Shown piece after piece: positions 28,966 through 38,858 of a stretch of 64,000 nucleotides of DNA. The stretch covers positions 110,575 to 174,574 of the forward strand of contig LSNK01000002.1 in the NCBI GenBank assembly GCA_003056085.1, given 5' to 3'. Numbering within the stretch: the first letter of the stretch is position 1; each line of letters starts with the position of its first letter. Below the pieces are notes generated by a model that did not search any database, had not been told where the DNA came from, and saw only the letters and a program-made list of their open reading frames with translations. The stretch comes from Parcubacteria group bacterium M6-OD1-1. Its GTDB lineage: Bacteria; Patescibacteriota; Minisyncoccia; GWC2-36-17; M10-OD1-4. Position numbers and translations under genes: made by a program.

Positions 28966-29100
28966 TTTTAATATAAAACTTCTAAAATCGAGGACAGGTC
29001 GCAGCCAAAAGCGAGATTGCGAAGGCAAGACGTATTTAAAAATACGTTGAAGTCGAGCAAGGAGCTTTTGGCAAGAGATGTTCAGATTTTAGAAGTTTTA
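28966..29100 (-). other. highly structured intergenic element (nested inverted repeats) between pilT and recJ; strand unknown
   Basis: Outer 15 bp pair AAAACTTCTAAAATC/GATTTTAGAAGTTTT. Middle pair GCCAAAAGC/GCTTTTGGC. Inner hairpin ACGTATTT-AAA-AATACGT. Confidence 0.4.
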
Positions 29101-30111
29101 TTATTCTATGAGGCCTTTAGAGCGCAACTCGGCTTTAGACTGAGCCATGGTTATCATACCATCTCTTGAGCCCATCTGCATAACAGAAAAAATATTTGCT
29201 ATTCTGTGTTCTCTTATGAGACTTGAAACAGCTGGTGTGTTTATCATAATCTCATATGATGCTATTCTCCCTCCTTCTTTTTTCTTAAGCAACTCTCTTG
29301 AAACAACAGCTATAAGGTTGCTTGCGAGTTGATTTAATATTTGTTGAGACTGAATAGCCGGAAACATGTTTACTATTCTTTCTATGGACTCAATAGTAGA
29401 AGAGCTATGGATAGTTGCAAACACCAAATGCCCTGTTTCTGCCGCCATGAGAGCCGTTTCTATCGTCTCAAGATCCCTAAGCTCACCTATCATAATAACA
29501 TCCGGATCCTGCCTGAATGAAGCTCTTAAAGCATCATAAAACGAGTGACTATCCACTCCTATTTGCCTTTGCTCTATCACACTTTGCTTTTTTGGATAAA
29601 CAAATTCAACCGGATCCTCAATTGTTATTATATGAGACTTTTTCTCAGAATTTATCATATTAATCAAAGAAGCAATAACAGAAGACTTACCGGAAGCCGT
29701 AGAACCGGTTAATAAAACCAATCCTTTTTTAAGTTGTGCAAATTTCATAAGAACCGGGGAAAAACCTAAAAATTCCGGAGTTGGAATATCACTTGAAATT
29801 ATACGAATAGACAAAGCAAACATTCCTTGCTGAAGATGAATATTTGTCCTAAACCTGGTTTCTTCATGTTTGTAAATAATATCAAACTCATAACCTTGAG
29901 CAACTCTTTCTCTTGATTCTTCACTTGGTAAAATATTAAAAACAAATTCTGCCAAAAGACTTGCATCCACTTCTTCTTGACTCAAAAACTCAAGATTTCC
30001 ATGTACTTTAACAGAGGGCTTCTGTCCGGCAATAAAATAAATATCAGAGGCGTCTTTTTTTACAGCCACAGTTAAATAATTATTAAATTTTTCCATAGCT
30101 TTATTATCCAT
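29101..30111 (-). CDS. pilT: type IV pilus twitching motility ATPase PilT family
   Basis: Walker A GSTASGKSS, Asp box, His box and overall PilT length. Confidence 0.75.
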   Translation of the reverse strand: MDNKAMEKFNNYLTVAVKKDASDIYFIAGQKPSVKVHGNLEFLSQEEVDASLLAEFVFNILPSEESRERVAQGYEFDIIYKHEETRFRTNIHLQQGMFALSIRIISSDIPTPEFLGFSPVLMKFAQLKKGLVLLTGSTASGKSSVIASLINMINSEKKSHIITIEDPVEFVYPKKQSVIEQRQIGVDSHSFYDALRASFRQDPDVIMIGELRDLETIETALMAAETGHLVFATIHSSSTIESIERIVNMFPAIQSQQILNQLASNLIAVVSRELLKKKEGGRIASYEIMINTPAVSSLIREHRIANIFSVMQMGSRDGMITMAQSKAELRSKGLIE

Positions 30112-30164
30112 ATAATTTCAATCTGATAGACTTATTACGAAATAAGTTGTGCAACAAATCTAAT

Positions 30165-31346
30165 TTAATTATTAGACTTATCTCTCAATAAGGGCTCTAC
30201 ACCCGGCATGGGATCTCCGGCTAAAAACTCAAGCATAGCTCCCCCTCCGGTTGATACAAAATCAATCTTTGATAAATTTCCTGTTTTATCCAAGGCGGTA
30301 ATAGATTCGCCTCCGCCAACAACCTTATAAGCATCGCTTTTACATAAAACATCTGCAAAATTATCCGTGCCATTTGCAAATTTTTCAATTTCAGAATAGC
30401 CGAAAGGACCATTCCATACAACCATTTTTGCATTTTTTACGATATTTGAAAAAAGATCAACAGTAGAAGGGCCTATATCCAATATTAAATCATCTTCTGA
30501 AACAGAACCCGTAGCAACAACTTCCGATTCTGCATCTTCTGATATTTCTTTTGCCACAACAAGATCAACCGGCAAATGAAGCTTGGGTGATGTTAAATCA
30601 AGATTTTCAAGTTCACTTCTGTCGTTTCCGTCCATTTTTGATTTACCGATAGATATGCCTTTTGCATCCAAAATAACATTGGAAATAACTCCGCCTATTA
30701 AAATATGATCCGCCTTATCAAGAAATCTCTTTATAAGCTTAACCTTTGTAGCTATTTTTGCGCCACCCATGGCAATAACCAATGGTTTTTTTGGCTTATG
30801 GTAAACTTCACCCAAGGCATTAAATTCTTTTTCCATTAAAAGTCCGGCATAGGAAGGCAAATGAGAAGTTATGGCAGAAACTGAAGCATGAGCCCTATGA
30901 GAAACAGAAAAGGCATCATTTACATAAACATCAGCAAGAGAAGCCAGCTCAGAAGCAAACTCATCATCATTTTTTTCTTCTTCACTGTAAAATCTTAAAT
31001 TTTCAAGCATCAAGATTTCCCCAGACTCAAGATTAGAAACAGCATCAGCAACACGAGACCCCACGCTATCTGAAATAAATCCTACTTCAATCCCGACATA
31101 ATCTTCTAATCTTTTTGCTATATTTTTTAAACTAAGATCCGGGTCTTTTTTCCCTTTGGGCCTGCCAAGATGTGTCGCTATTATGACTTTGGCTCTTTTT
31201 GTTAAAAGATATTCAATGGTGTCCAATGCCATCTTTATTCTGAAGTCATCATCTATCTTCCCTTCTTTTATGGAAACATTAAAATCAACACGCAAAAAGA
31301 TACGCTTATTTTCTATATCAACATCTCTTATACTTTTTATTTGCAT
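30165..31346 (-). CDS. pgk: phosphoglycerate kinase
   Basis: Pgk N-terminal pattern RVDFNV and C-terminal GGGA...STGGGA motifs. Confidence 0.9.
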   Translation of the reverse strand: MQIKSIRDVDIENKRIFLRVDFNVSIKEGKIDDDFRIKMALDTIEYLLTKRAKVIIATHLGRPKGKKDPDLSLKNIAKRLEDYVGIEVGFISDSVGSRVADAVSNLESGEILMLENLRFYSEEEKNDDEFASELASLADVYVNDAFSVSHRAHASVSAITSHLPSYAGLLMEKEFNALGEVYHKPKKPLVIAMGGAKIATKVKLIKRFLDKADHILIGGVISNVILDAKGISIGKSKMDGNDRSELENLDLTSPKLHLPVDLVVAKEISEDAESEVVATGSVSEDDLILDIGPSTVDLFSNIVKNAKMVVWNGPFGYSEIEKFANGTDNFADVLCKSDAYKVVGGGESITALDKTGNLSKIDFVSTGGGAMLEFLAGDPMPGVEPLLRDKSNN

Positions 31347-31464
31347 AATATAATATATATTATATTACTTTAAATTTTAAAATTTAAAGTAACTAAATTT
31401 TATCATACTTTAACTTTTAATAAAACAATGATAACCTTAAACATAGCCACTATAAAATAAAACT

Positions 31465-32790
31465 ATGGATATCCTATCAAAAAAATTGAAAAAAAATATA
31501 ATAATTCTTGGAGCCGGGTTTGCAGGCGTTAAATGCGCTTTGGATTTGGAAAAATTAGCAAAAAAAGACAAATCCCTTTCCTCTAATTTTAACATAGTTT
31601 TAATTGATAAAAACAATTATCACCTTTATACTCCTACGCTTTATGAGGTAGCCTCAACAGCAAAAGCGGATGCTTCGGGATCTGTTTTAAAAAAAGTAAT
31701 AACAACACCGATAGAAAACATAGTTAAAAACAAAAATATTAAATTCTTGCAGGGAGAGATAATAGATATTGATTTTAAAAAACGAACGGTTGATTTTTCC
31801 GATCAAACTGTAATTAATTTTGAATATTTAGTATTAGCTCTTGGGTCAAAACCAACATACTTTGGGATAGAAGGACTAAAAGAATATTCTTTGTCTTTAA
31901 AGTGGTTAAATGACGGCATAAGAATACGAAACAAAATAAGAAATAAATTTTTAGAGAAAAGAAACGGAGAGGAAATTAAAATAATAATCGGAGGTTCCGG
32001 ACCAAATGGAGTTGAATTTTCAGCGGAACTTGCAGGCTACATAAAAGAATTAAACAATATTTACAATAAAAAAATAGAAGCTAACATTAAACTGATAGAT
32101 GGCTCTTCTCATATACTTCCGGGCTTTGAACATAATGTAGTAAAAAAAGCATTAAAAAGACTTGAATATTTAAATATAAAAACAATAAATGGATTTGTTA
32201 TTTTAAAAGTTGATAAATTAAGAGTTTACTTAAAACAACTTCCACCATCAAACGAACCTCGGGAGAACTTCACACCTGAAGAAAAAACAGAAGATTATGA
32301 TATTTTGATTTGGTCTGGCGGAGTTGAAGCAAATAGCCTTTTGATGCATATTGATATGTCAAAAGAAAAAAGAGGAAGAATAGAAACAAATCAATTTTTA
32401 GGATGCCTTCCTCCTGACAAACATCTTGATGTTGCAAAAAATATTTTTGCTATAGGAGATAATTCATGTTTTTATGACCCAAAAACACAAAGACCCGTTC
32501 CTGGGACCGCAAAAATTGCCATAGAACAGGCAAAAATAGCTGCAAAAAATATTTATAACTTGATAAATAAAAAACCAAAGGAGCTTTACAAGATAAAACC
32601 TCTTCCTTTTGCCATTCCCATAGGAGGAAAATATGCTTTAACAAAATGGGGGCCGTTTCTATTTACCGGATTTACCGGCTGGATAATAAAACAGCTCATT
32701 GAACTTTATTATCTGTATTCAGTAACAAAAAAAGCATCTGTTATATTCAATTGGTGGCGAGGAATAAGAATATTCTCAAAAAACGACTAA
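31465..32790 (+). CDS. FAD-dependent pyridine nucleotide-disulfide oxidoreductase (type II NADH dehydrogenase-like)
   Basis: Two Rossmann motifs IIILGAGFAGV and IIIGGSGPNGVE, plus FAIGD. Confidence 0.6.
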   Translation: MDILSKKLKKNIIILGAGFAGVKCALDLEKLAKKDKSLSSNFNIVLIDKNNYHLYTPTLYEVASTAKADASGSVLKKVITTPIENIVKNKNIKFLQGEIIDIDFKKRTVDFSDQTVINFEYLVLALGSKPTYFGIEGLKEYSLSLKWLNDGIRIRNKIRNKFLEKRNGEEIKIIIGGSGPNGVEFSAELAGYIKELNNIYNKKIEANIKLIDGSSHILPGFEHNVVKKALKRLEYLNIKTINGFVILKVDKLRVYLKQLPPSNEPRENFTPEEKTEDYDILIWSGGVEANSLLMHIDMSKEKRGRIETNQFLGCLPPDKHLDVAKNIFAIGDNSCFYDPKTQRPVPGTAKIAIEQAKIAAKNIYNLINKKPKELYKIKPLPFAIPIGGKYALTKWGPFLFTGFTGWIIKQLIELYYLYSVTKKASVIFNWWRGIRIFSKND

Positions 32791-32885
32791 TTCAGTTTTT
32801 AGATTTTACGCTGTTGCTGGGTAATTTTCTTTGTGTTATTGTTGTAAATAATAGAGTTTACAGATATCAAAAAGGAGACTAAATA

Positions 32886-33287
32886 ATGAACACTCTTGAT
32901 AGAACATTGAAAAATCTCACACAAACGGAAGAAGAGATGAGGCAAAATTATGAAGTTTTAAAAAAACGATTTGTTGATGCAGCAAGAAGATCATTTATTT
33001 TGTGCATACATTGTAATAAAAAAAGTGTATTGTCCTCCTGGACTTTTATTCAAAATCATTGGTATGAAAAACCTCATGGCTGTCTGGGTGGCGATAATTG
33101 GTGGTCCTCAAAAAAAGAATGTTGCCATATTTCTTGTCCGAAGTGCGAAAAACAAAACTATCTGTACAATCATCCGCAAAAAGAAAAAATTGTAAAAATA
33201 TTAAATGACTTTCGTTTTAATGAAGAAGAATTGTTTCTGATGGTTTATGATGAACACAATGACAAATATAAAAGCCGAAAAGAATAA
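32886..33287 (+). CDS. hypothetical Cys-rich protein (zinc-ribbon-like CxxC...CxxC)
   Basis: CIHCNKK and CPKCEKQ pairs; no family assigned. Confidence 0.3.
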   Translation: MNTLDRTLKNLTQTEEEMRQNYEVLKKRFVDAARRSFILCIHCNKKSVLSSWTFIQNHWYEKPHGCLGGDNWWSSKKECCHISCPKCEKQNYLYNHPQKEKIVKILNDFRFNEEELFLMVYDEHNDKYKSRKE

Positions 33288-33342
33288 TGAAAAAAAGAGA
33301 CGAAACAAATTAGACATTTATTAATGTTTATTCTTTATAAAT

Positions 33343-33372
33343 CCAAAAGGCGCCAATCGGCGTTTTTTTTTA
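33343..33372. terminator. bidirectional intrinsic terminator between the convergent 32886 ORF and tpiA
   Basis: AAAAGGCGCCAATCGGCGTTTTTTTTT. Confidence 0.45.
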
Positions 33373-33381
33373 TTTTTAAAA

Positions 33382-34119
33382 TTATCCAACCAGTTTTATC
33401 ATCTTTGTAAATTCATCTTTTTTTGTTGATGCAGAACCGACTAAGACTCCGTCTATTCCATGATAGTTTACAAATTCCAAAACATTTTTTGAATTAACCG
33501 ATCCCCCATAAAGCACTTTTACGCCCATTCCTAATTTTGTATGATACATCTTCCCTATTGTTTTTCTTATATAAAGCGCTGCCTGATGCGCATTTTCAGG
33601 GGTGTCTGAAAGTCCTGTTCCTATAGCCCAAATAGGCTCATACGCCACCATAACATTATGTATTTTGGTTTTTGGAACTCCTGCCAAATTCGCTTTTATT
33701 TGTTCTGCCACTATTTTTGGGATAACATTCTTTTCTTTTCTCTGTTTCTCGCCAACACATAAAATAACTTTAAGCCCCGCTTTTAATGCCGCTTTTACTT
33801 TTTTGTTTATAACCTCATCTGACTCTTCAAAATACTTCCTCCTTTCTGAATGACCTAAAATGACATATTCCACATTTAAGTTTCTCAGCATATCCAAAGT
33901 AACTTCACCTGTATAAGCTCCCTTTGTCTCCCAAAAAACATCTTGAGCGCCTGCCGCCATATCCCAATCTTGTTTGATGTCCGGTAAAAATGGAAAAGGC
34001 GGACAAACTATAACTTCAGACAAACAAGCATCCGCCTCGTCTCTTGTGGCCAAAAAAAGCGCTTTTGCATCTTTATGGCTTGTTATGTATGATTTCCAGT
34101 TAGCAACTAAATATTTCAT
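33382..34119 (-). CDS. tpiA: triosephosphate isomerase
   Basis: VANWK, ILGHSERR and AYEPIWAIGTG motifs. Confidence 0.9.
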   Translation of the reverse strand: MKYLVANWKSYITSHKDAKALFLATRDEADACLSEVIVCPPFPFLPDIKQDWDMAAGAQDVFWETKGAYTGEVTLDMLRNLNVEYVILGHSERRKYFEESDEVINKKVKAALKAGLKVILCVGEKQRKEKNVIPKIVAEQIKANLAGVPKTKIHNVMVAYEPIWAIGTGLSDTPENAHQAALYIRKTIGKMYHTKLGMGVKVLYGGSVNSKNVLEFVNYHGIDGVLVGSASTKKDEFTKMIKLVG

Positions 34120-34258
34120 AAAAAGATATTAATTTTAATTATTTTTTCTAAAGCTATATCTTTTAAAATAACATATCAAAACAAAAAAATCCAAATTTCA
34201 AAGCTTAAATATTTAAAAATTCAGTAATTTTGATTTGATATTTGGATTTTAGTATTTG

Positions 34259-34870
34259 TTATTTGTTTTTCAAATGTTTTTTTAAAAACCAGTAAATACC
34301 TCCTATAATTAAAGCGGCCATTACCCACTCTGCTTTCTCAAAATACGGACGTAACATCCCCCAATTCTCCCCCGCTTTAACTCCGGTATAAGTTAAAGCA
34401 TAGACCCATGGAATACAACCAAAAAAAGTGTATGCTGTAAATTTAAAAACATTCATTTTAGCGACTCCAGGAACAAATGATATAAATGTCCTTACTCCAG
34501 GAAGCATCCTTGATAATAAAACTACTGAGCTGCCGTATTTTTTAAACCATCTCTCTGTTTTTTCCAAATCATGATGAGTAAATAAAAAATACTTTCCATA
34601 TTTTTCTAAAAATGACCTGCCTCCAAAATATCCAACATAATACAAAATCAAAGAACCAACTACATTACCTAAAACTCCCGCTAAAAATACGCTCATAAAT
34701 GTCATCTTGCCTTCAAATACCAAAAATCCGGAAAACGGCATTATGATTTCCGATGGTATCGGGATTGCCGCGCTTTCCGCCAACATTAAAAAAAACACCC
34801 CGGAAACCCCAGTTCCGCCTATAACCCACATCACAAATTCCGTTAAAATCTCAAAAAGTTTACCTATCAT
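34259..34870 (-). CDS. DedA family membrane protein
   Basis: DedA/SNARE-associated motif around ...FGGRSFLEKYGKY... and the typical topology. Confidence 0.65.
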   Translation of the reverse strand: MIGKLFEILTEFVMWVIGGTGVSGVFFLMLAESAAIPIPSEIIMPFSGFLVFEGKMTFMSVFLAGVLGNVVGSLILYYVGYFGGRSFLEKYGKYFLFTHHDLEKTERWFKKYGSSVVLLSRMLPGVRTFISFVPGVAKMNVFKFTAYTFFGCIPWVYALTYTGVKAGENWGMLRPYFEKAEWVMAALIIGGIYWFLKKHLKNK

Positions 34871-34936
34871 AAATTATGAATATATAGAATGGATTTTAAT
34901 TTCCAAACAGTGAATAAATTCATTAATAAAATAATT

Positions 34937-35956
34937 TTAAAGTTTTACGTTCTTTAAAAAACGAGCAGCTTCTTCTGGTAAAACTGCAGATATCTCCATG
35001 CCCGACCCAATTTCGTAACCCGCCCATATTGAAGTTTTTGGTAAAATCGAAAGATGCCAATGATAATGCTCGTGCTTTCCTTTTGTTGGTGTTGAGTGAA
35101 TAAAAAAATTAAAAGCCGGGTCGTTTAATCCACTTCTTAACTTACCTAAAGATTTTTGCAATAAATCTCCAAAAAATTTAATATCCTCCTCTTTTAATTG
35201 AGCAAAACTTGACTGATGCTCTTTCGGGAAAATTCTTATTTCAAAAGCAATTCTTGAAGCAAATGGAATAAAAGCGACAAATTTTTTATTCTGGCATATT
35301 ATTCGTTTTTTTGATTTTATTTCATATTGCACCATTTCACAATGAACACATTTTTTATGTTTTTGAAAATATTTTTTTGAACTGTTTATGCTTCTTAAAA
35401 CATCAATCGGAACAACCGGCGGAGCTATTATCTGACTATGAAGATGCCTCAAAGACGAACCCGCCGCCCTGCCGTGGTTATGAAGTATTAAAATATACTC
35501 TATTATTTTTTCCTTTGATAAGTCTATATATCTTTTTTTATATGCAAGAATCATGTCTTTTACCTCATCTTTTGAGAGGTCCGGTATAAACTTATCATGA
35601 TCACGCATTATTATAAGCTCATGGGCACCCACACCCCTCATTATGTTATAAGGGCCTTCCTTTCTTAATTTTAAAGGACCTCCATTACTGAGTGCTGGAA
35701 ATTTATTTGGCAAAACAACTAAAGACCAGTCTTTTTCTTCGTTTTTCCCTCCCTTTTTTAAAAAAACATCTATTGGTTTTTTCTCCAAAAATGGATTCTC
35801 AAATGGACATGAGGATTTAGATTGTTTTATCGTTGCCGGTTCTCCAGAAAAAGCATGGGGTCTTTTCCCTCTTGCTGTTGCTATAATAACCCATTCACCT
35901 TTTACCGGGTCCTGCCTTATTTCTGAAGCATCTATTTTATTTTTATTTGTTTTCAT
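34937..35956 (-). CDS. galT: galactose-1-phosphate uridylyltransferase (HIT family)
   Basis: Zn site CPFC...; active site HNHGRAAGSSLRHLHSQ (HxHxQ). Confidence 0.75.
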   Translation of the reverse strand: MKTNKNKIDASEIRQDPVKGEWVIIATARGKRPHAFSGEPATIKQSKSSCPFENPFLEKKPIDVFLKKGGKNEEKDWSLVVLPNKFPALSNGGPLKLRKEGPYNIMRGVGAHELIIMRDHDKFIPDLSKDEVKDMILAYKKRYIDLSKEKIIEYILILHNHGRAAGSSLRHLHSQIIAPPVVPIDVLRSINSSKKYFQKHKKCVHCEMVQYEIKSKKRIICQNKKFVAFIPFASRIAFEIRIFPKEHQSSFAQLKEEDIKFFGDLLQKSLGKLRSGLNDPAFNFFIHSTPTKGKHEHYHWHLSILPKTSIWAGYEIGSGMEISAVLPEEAARFLKNVKL

Positions 35957-35982
35957 AGTTTATAATTATATTATACTTTAAA

Positions 35983-36405
35983 TTATTTTTGTTGAGCTTT
36001 TTTGCTGTCCAAGTAACTCTGCAGTATAATAGCCGCTGAAGATTCGTCTATTTTTTCTTTTTCAACTCCGGATCTTTCCGCCTGCACACTTGTTAAAAAT
36101 TCATTTTCAAATTCAACAGGAATGTCAATTTGTCTTTTTAGTTCATTTACAAATTTTTTTGTCTTCCTTGTCTGCTCCGTTTCTTCCATGCTTAAGTTTA
36201 ACGGCAAGCCAAAAATAATTATTTTAACATTTTCTTCTTTTATTATTTTTTTAAAATTTTTAATAAGATCTTTATTTGGTATGGTTTTGTGCGGCATACC
36301 TAAAATTCCTTCGTCATCTGACAAAGCAAGTCCAACCCTTTTATCTCCATAATCAACTCCTAAATATCTCATATTAAATTTTAAGTTGTGGACTTTTTGC
36401 CACAA
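35983..36405 (-). CDS. ruvX: Holliday junction resolvase-like protein RuvX/YqgF
   Basis: YLGVDYGDKRVGLALSD and the typical ~140 aa length. Confidence 0.8.
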   Translation of the reverse strand: MWQKVHNLKFNMRYLGVDYGDKRVGLALSDDEGILGMPHKTIPNKDLIKNFKKIIKEENVKIIIFGLPLNLSMEETEQTRKTKKFVNELKRQIDIPVEFENEFLTSVQAERSGVEKEKIDESSAAIILQSYLDSKKAQQK

Positions 36406-36491
36406 CTTAAAGCATCCAATAAAATATTAACATTTATAAAAATAAGATGCAAAGACAAAAGCGGAGGTTTATAACCCCCGCTTTTTATTTT

Positions 36492-36809
36492 TTAAGCATT
36501 GCCGTAATACTTATTTACCACATTTTCTGCAAACTCCATATTTTTTTCAACATCCTGAATCAACACATAGCGCAACAGAAAAAAAACTTTATAAGCAATA
36601 TTTCTAACCAACAAATTATTATTTACAAAAAATGGCTGAACAAAAGTTTTTATTTTTTCCGTTAAATCTAAAATTAAGTCACCATCATCTTCTTCAATCG
36701 CCAACTCCAAGGCGCAAAGAAGCGTTTTAAGATATTGAACGGTTTTGATATTAACGCCGTTTAAAGCGCTATTTACCATATTAAAACACAAAACAAGCTC
36801 GTTATTCAT
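36492..36809 (-). CDS. hypothetical protein
   Basis: 105 aa ORF in an operon position; no motif. Confidence 0.3.
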   Translation of the reverse strand: MNNELVLCFNMVNSALNGVNIKTVQYLKTLLCALELAIEEDDGDLILDLTEKIKTFVQPFFVNNNLLVRNIAYKVFFLLRYVLIQDVEKNMEFAENVVNKYYGNA

Positions 36810-36853
36810 AACTTCAAAACCTCTTTTTCGTTAAAATAGCTTTTATTAAAATA

Positions 36854-37627
36854 CTATATTTCTGTTAAAATGTCAAATCCATCTTTTGTAACGGCAACCG
36901 TATGTTCAAAATGAGCAGCAAGCTTGCCATCTTGAGTTTCTATCCCCCAACCATCGCTTGAATGCTTTATCTGCCAAGTGCCTTCTGTTATCATGGGCTC
37001 CAAAGCTAAAACCATTCCCTCCACTAAAGTTTCTCCTGTTCCCTTTCTTCCATAATTTAAAACATAGGGATCTTCATGAACCTTATACCCAACACCATGT
37101 CCTGCAAGATCTCTCACTATTTCAAAATTACTTTCTTTTTTTACATAAGACTCTATAGCATGTCCAATATCATTTAGTTTGGCGCCTTCTTTTATGACGC
37201 TGATACCTTCATATAAAGAATTTTCTGTAATCCAAAGCAATTTTTCCGCAATTTTTGCTCCTTTACCGCCAACTATTTTTGTTCTTGCCGAGTCAACACA
37301 CAATTTTTTAAACCAAAGCCCCAAATCAAAAGAAAAAAGATCTCCATTTTTTAACTTTCTTTCAGATGGAATAGAATGAACGACTTCTTCATTTATACAA
37401 GTGCATAAAGATGCGGGATATGGTCTTGGGGCTCCCCCAGGATGATAATTTAAGAAAGACGGAGTCGCTCCCATTTTTAAAATGAGGCTTTCTGCCAACT
37501 CATCTAAATATTTTGTAGTAACTCCCTCCTCTATATTTTTTTCAACCTCATCTAAAACTTGAGCAAGCATAGCACCGCCCTCTTTTAAAATTTTTATTTC
37601 TTCTTTAGTTTTAATTGTAGTCATCAA
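36854..37627 (-). CDS. map: methionine aminopeptidase type I
   Basis: Metal ligands in ...FSFDLGL..., GHGVG and LALEPM contexts; 257 aa. Confidence 0.9.
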   Translation of the reverse strand: MMTTIKTKEEIKILKEGGAMLAQVLDEVEKNIEEGVTTKYLDELAESLILKMGATPSFLNYHPGGAPRPYPASLCTCINEEVVHSIPSERKLKNGDLFSFDLGLWFKKLCVDSARTKIVGGKGAKIAEKLLWITENSLYEGISVIKEGAKLNDIGHAIESYVKKESNFEIVRDLAGHGVGYKVHEDPYVLNYGRKGTGETLVEGMVLALEPMITEGTWQIKHSSDGWGIETQDGKLAAHFEHTVAVTKDGFDILTEI

Positions 37628-37649
37628 TAAATAAATTTAGAATTCTAAA

Positions 37650-38369
37650 TTAACCCAATGCTTTTATAATATCTTCGGATACTTTATCTACCGGCTGATT
37701 CCCATTTATACGAATCAACTTCCCATGTTTTTCAAAAAATTGAATAACTTGTGAAACTTCTTCTTTAAACCATTTTATCCTTGTTTTTATGGATTCAGGA
37801 TTATCTTCGGGCCTTATATTCATAAGACCGCCGCAATAGTCGCATATAGCCTCTTCTTTGTCTTTCTCAACATAGGCGCTCTTTTTACACTTCCCGCAAG
37901 TTCTTCTGTTTATAAGCCTCTTAAAAGACTCTTCTTCGGAAATATCCAATAAAATAGCTTTTAAATTATCTCTCTCATACCAATCCAAAACATCTGTTAA
38001 AAGTTGTGCTTCGCTTAATTTTCTAGGACTTCCGTCAAATAAAACACCTTTATCTTCCTGGACATGGGCAAGCTTATCCATCCATAAATAAAATGGAAGC
38101 CATGTTGGAGCCAGCTTGCCTTCTGCTAATTCTTTTTTTAATCTTTTAGCTGCGACATTGTCTTCGTTGGAAAACTCTCTTAAAAGATTTCCTGTTCCTA
38201 TATATTCAAGATTATATTTTTCATATAATATTTTTGATTGAGTTCCTTTGCCGGAACCGGAAATTCCAAGCAATACTATATTTAAAGGTTTTTGTTGTTT
38301 TTCCATAAAATATAAATTTAAAATTATAAATAAAAAATTTGGATAAAAAAAAGGAAGCGGGAATGACAA
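37650..38369 (-). CDS. adk: adenylate kinase (zinc-lid type); true start probably the Met at ~38306 (MEKQQKPLNIVLLG)
   Basis: P-loop GISGSGKGTQ; lid CGKCKK...CDYCGG. Confidence 0.9.
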   Translation of the reverse strand: MSFPLPFFYPNFLFIILNLYFMEKQQKPLNIVLLGISGSGKGTQSKILYEKYNLEYIGTGNLLREFSNEDNVAAKRLKKELAEGKLAPTWLPFYLWMDKLAHVQEDKGVLFDGSPRKLSEAQLLTDVLDWYERDNLKAILLDISEEESFKRLINRRTCGKCKKSAYVEKDKEEAICDYCGGLMNIRPEDNPESIKTRIKWFKEEVSQVIQFFEKHGKLIRINGNQPVDKVSEDIIKALG

Positions 38370-38414
38370 ATCACTCCCGCAAAAATTTAAAAAATAAAGA
38401 TTATGCCAGTTAAA

Positions 38415-38672
38415 TTATACGGCGTCTGTGCCGCATAATTCTTTGACTAATTCATCGTTTATTGGCTTAAAGAACAACGAGGAAGAATAAGTGAAAAAAT
38501 TACACTCCTTACACCCCCAAATCATATTTGTGTATGGATGATACAATGCATTTTCACCGCATTTTATGTGTATAAACTTGTCTGACTTACGCCATCCTTT
38601 AGTGACTGAAACTGGGATGTCTTCCATTTTTTCCTGCGTCATGCCTTCAGGCATCGGTAATGATTCTTTCAT
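38415..38672 (-). CDS. hypothetical small Cys-containing protein between secY and adk
   Basis: 85 aa; HIKCGEN...CKECNFF; not a known spc-operon member. Confidence 0.3.
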   Translation of the reverse strand: MKESLPMPEGMTQEKMEDIPVSVTKGWRKSDKFIHIKCGENALYHPYTNMIWGCKECNFFTYSSSLFFKPINDELVKELCGTDAV

Positions 38673-38858
38673 AACACGCCTCCTAAACTCAACAAAGTTA
38701 AAGCTGGACTACTCCTTCCCCTTTTTTTAAAAAAACATTAAAGGACAGCATTTTTAATAATTCTGTTTTATATTTATTATAATGTTTTTTATAAAAAATT
38801 AAAAGCCGCGGACAACCACGGCGCTAAAAAACCAATAAGTTATAATTTATAATCTGTA

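Noticed and set aside
28990-29030. SRP RNA (4.5S) domain IV-like strings CAGGUC ... GCAGCCAA ... GAAGG
   Set aside because: The order and spacing do not allow the conserved helix 8 with its GNRA tetraloop and symmetric/asymmetric loops. The resemblance is limited to short words.
37650-38369. N-terminal extensions in ORF-track models of adk (MSFPLPFFYPNFLFIILNLYF...), rplC (MLIFLLKN...), rplX (MIF...) and rpmB (MIFFKSRVKLAKSYKNIKYKT...)
   Set aside because: The extensions are hydrophobic or low-complexity and absent from the conserved protein families. Internal Met codons give canonical N-termini, and the extensions overlap upstream hairpins or promoters.
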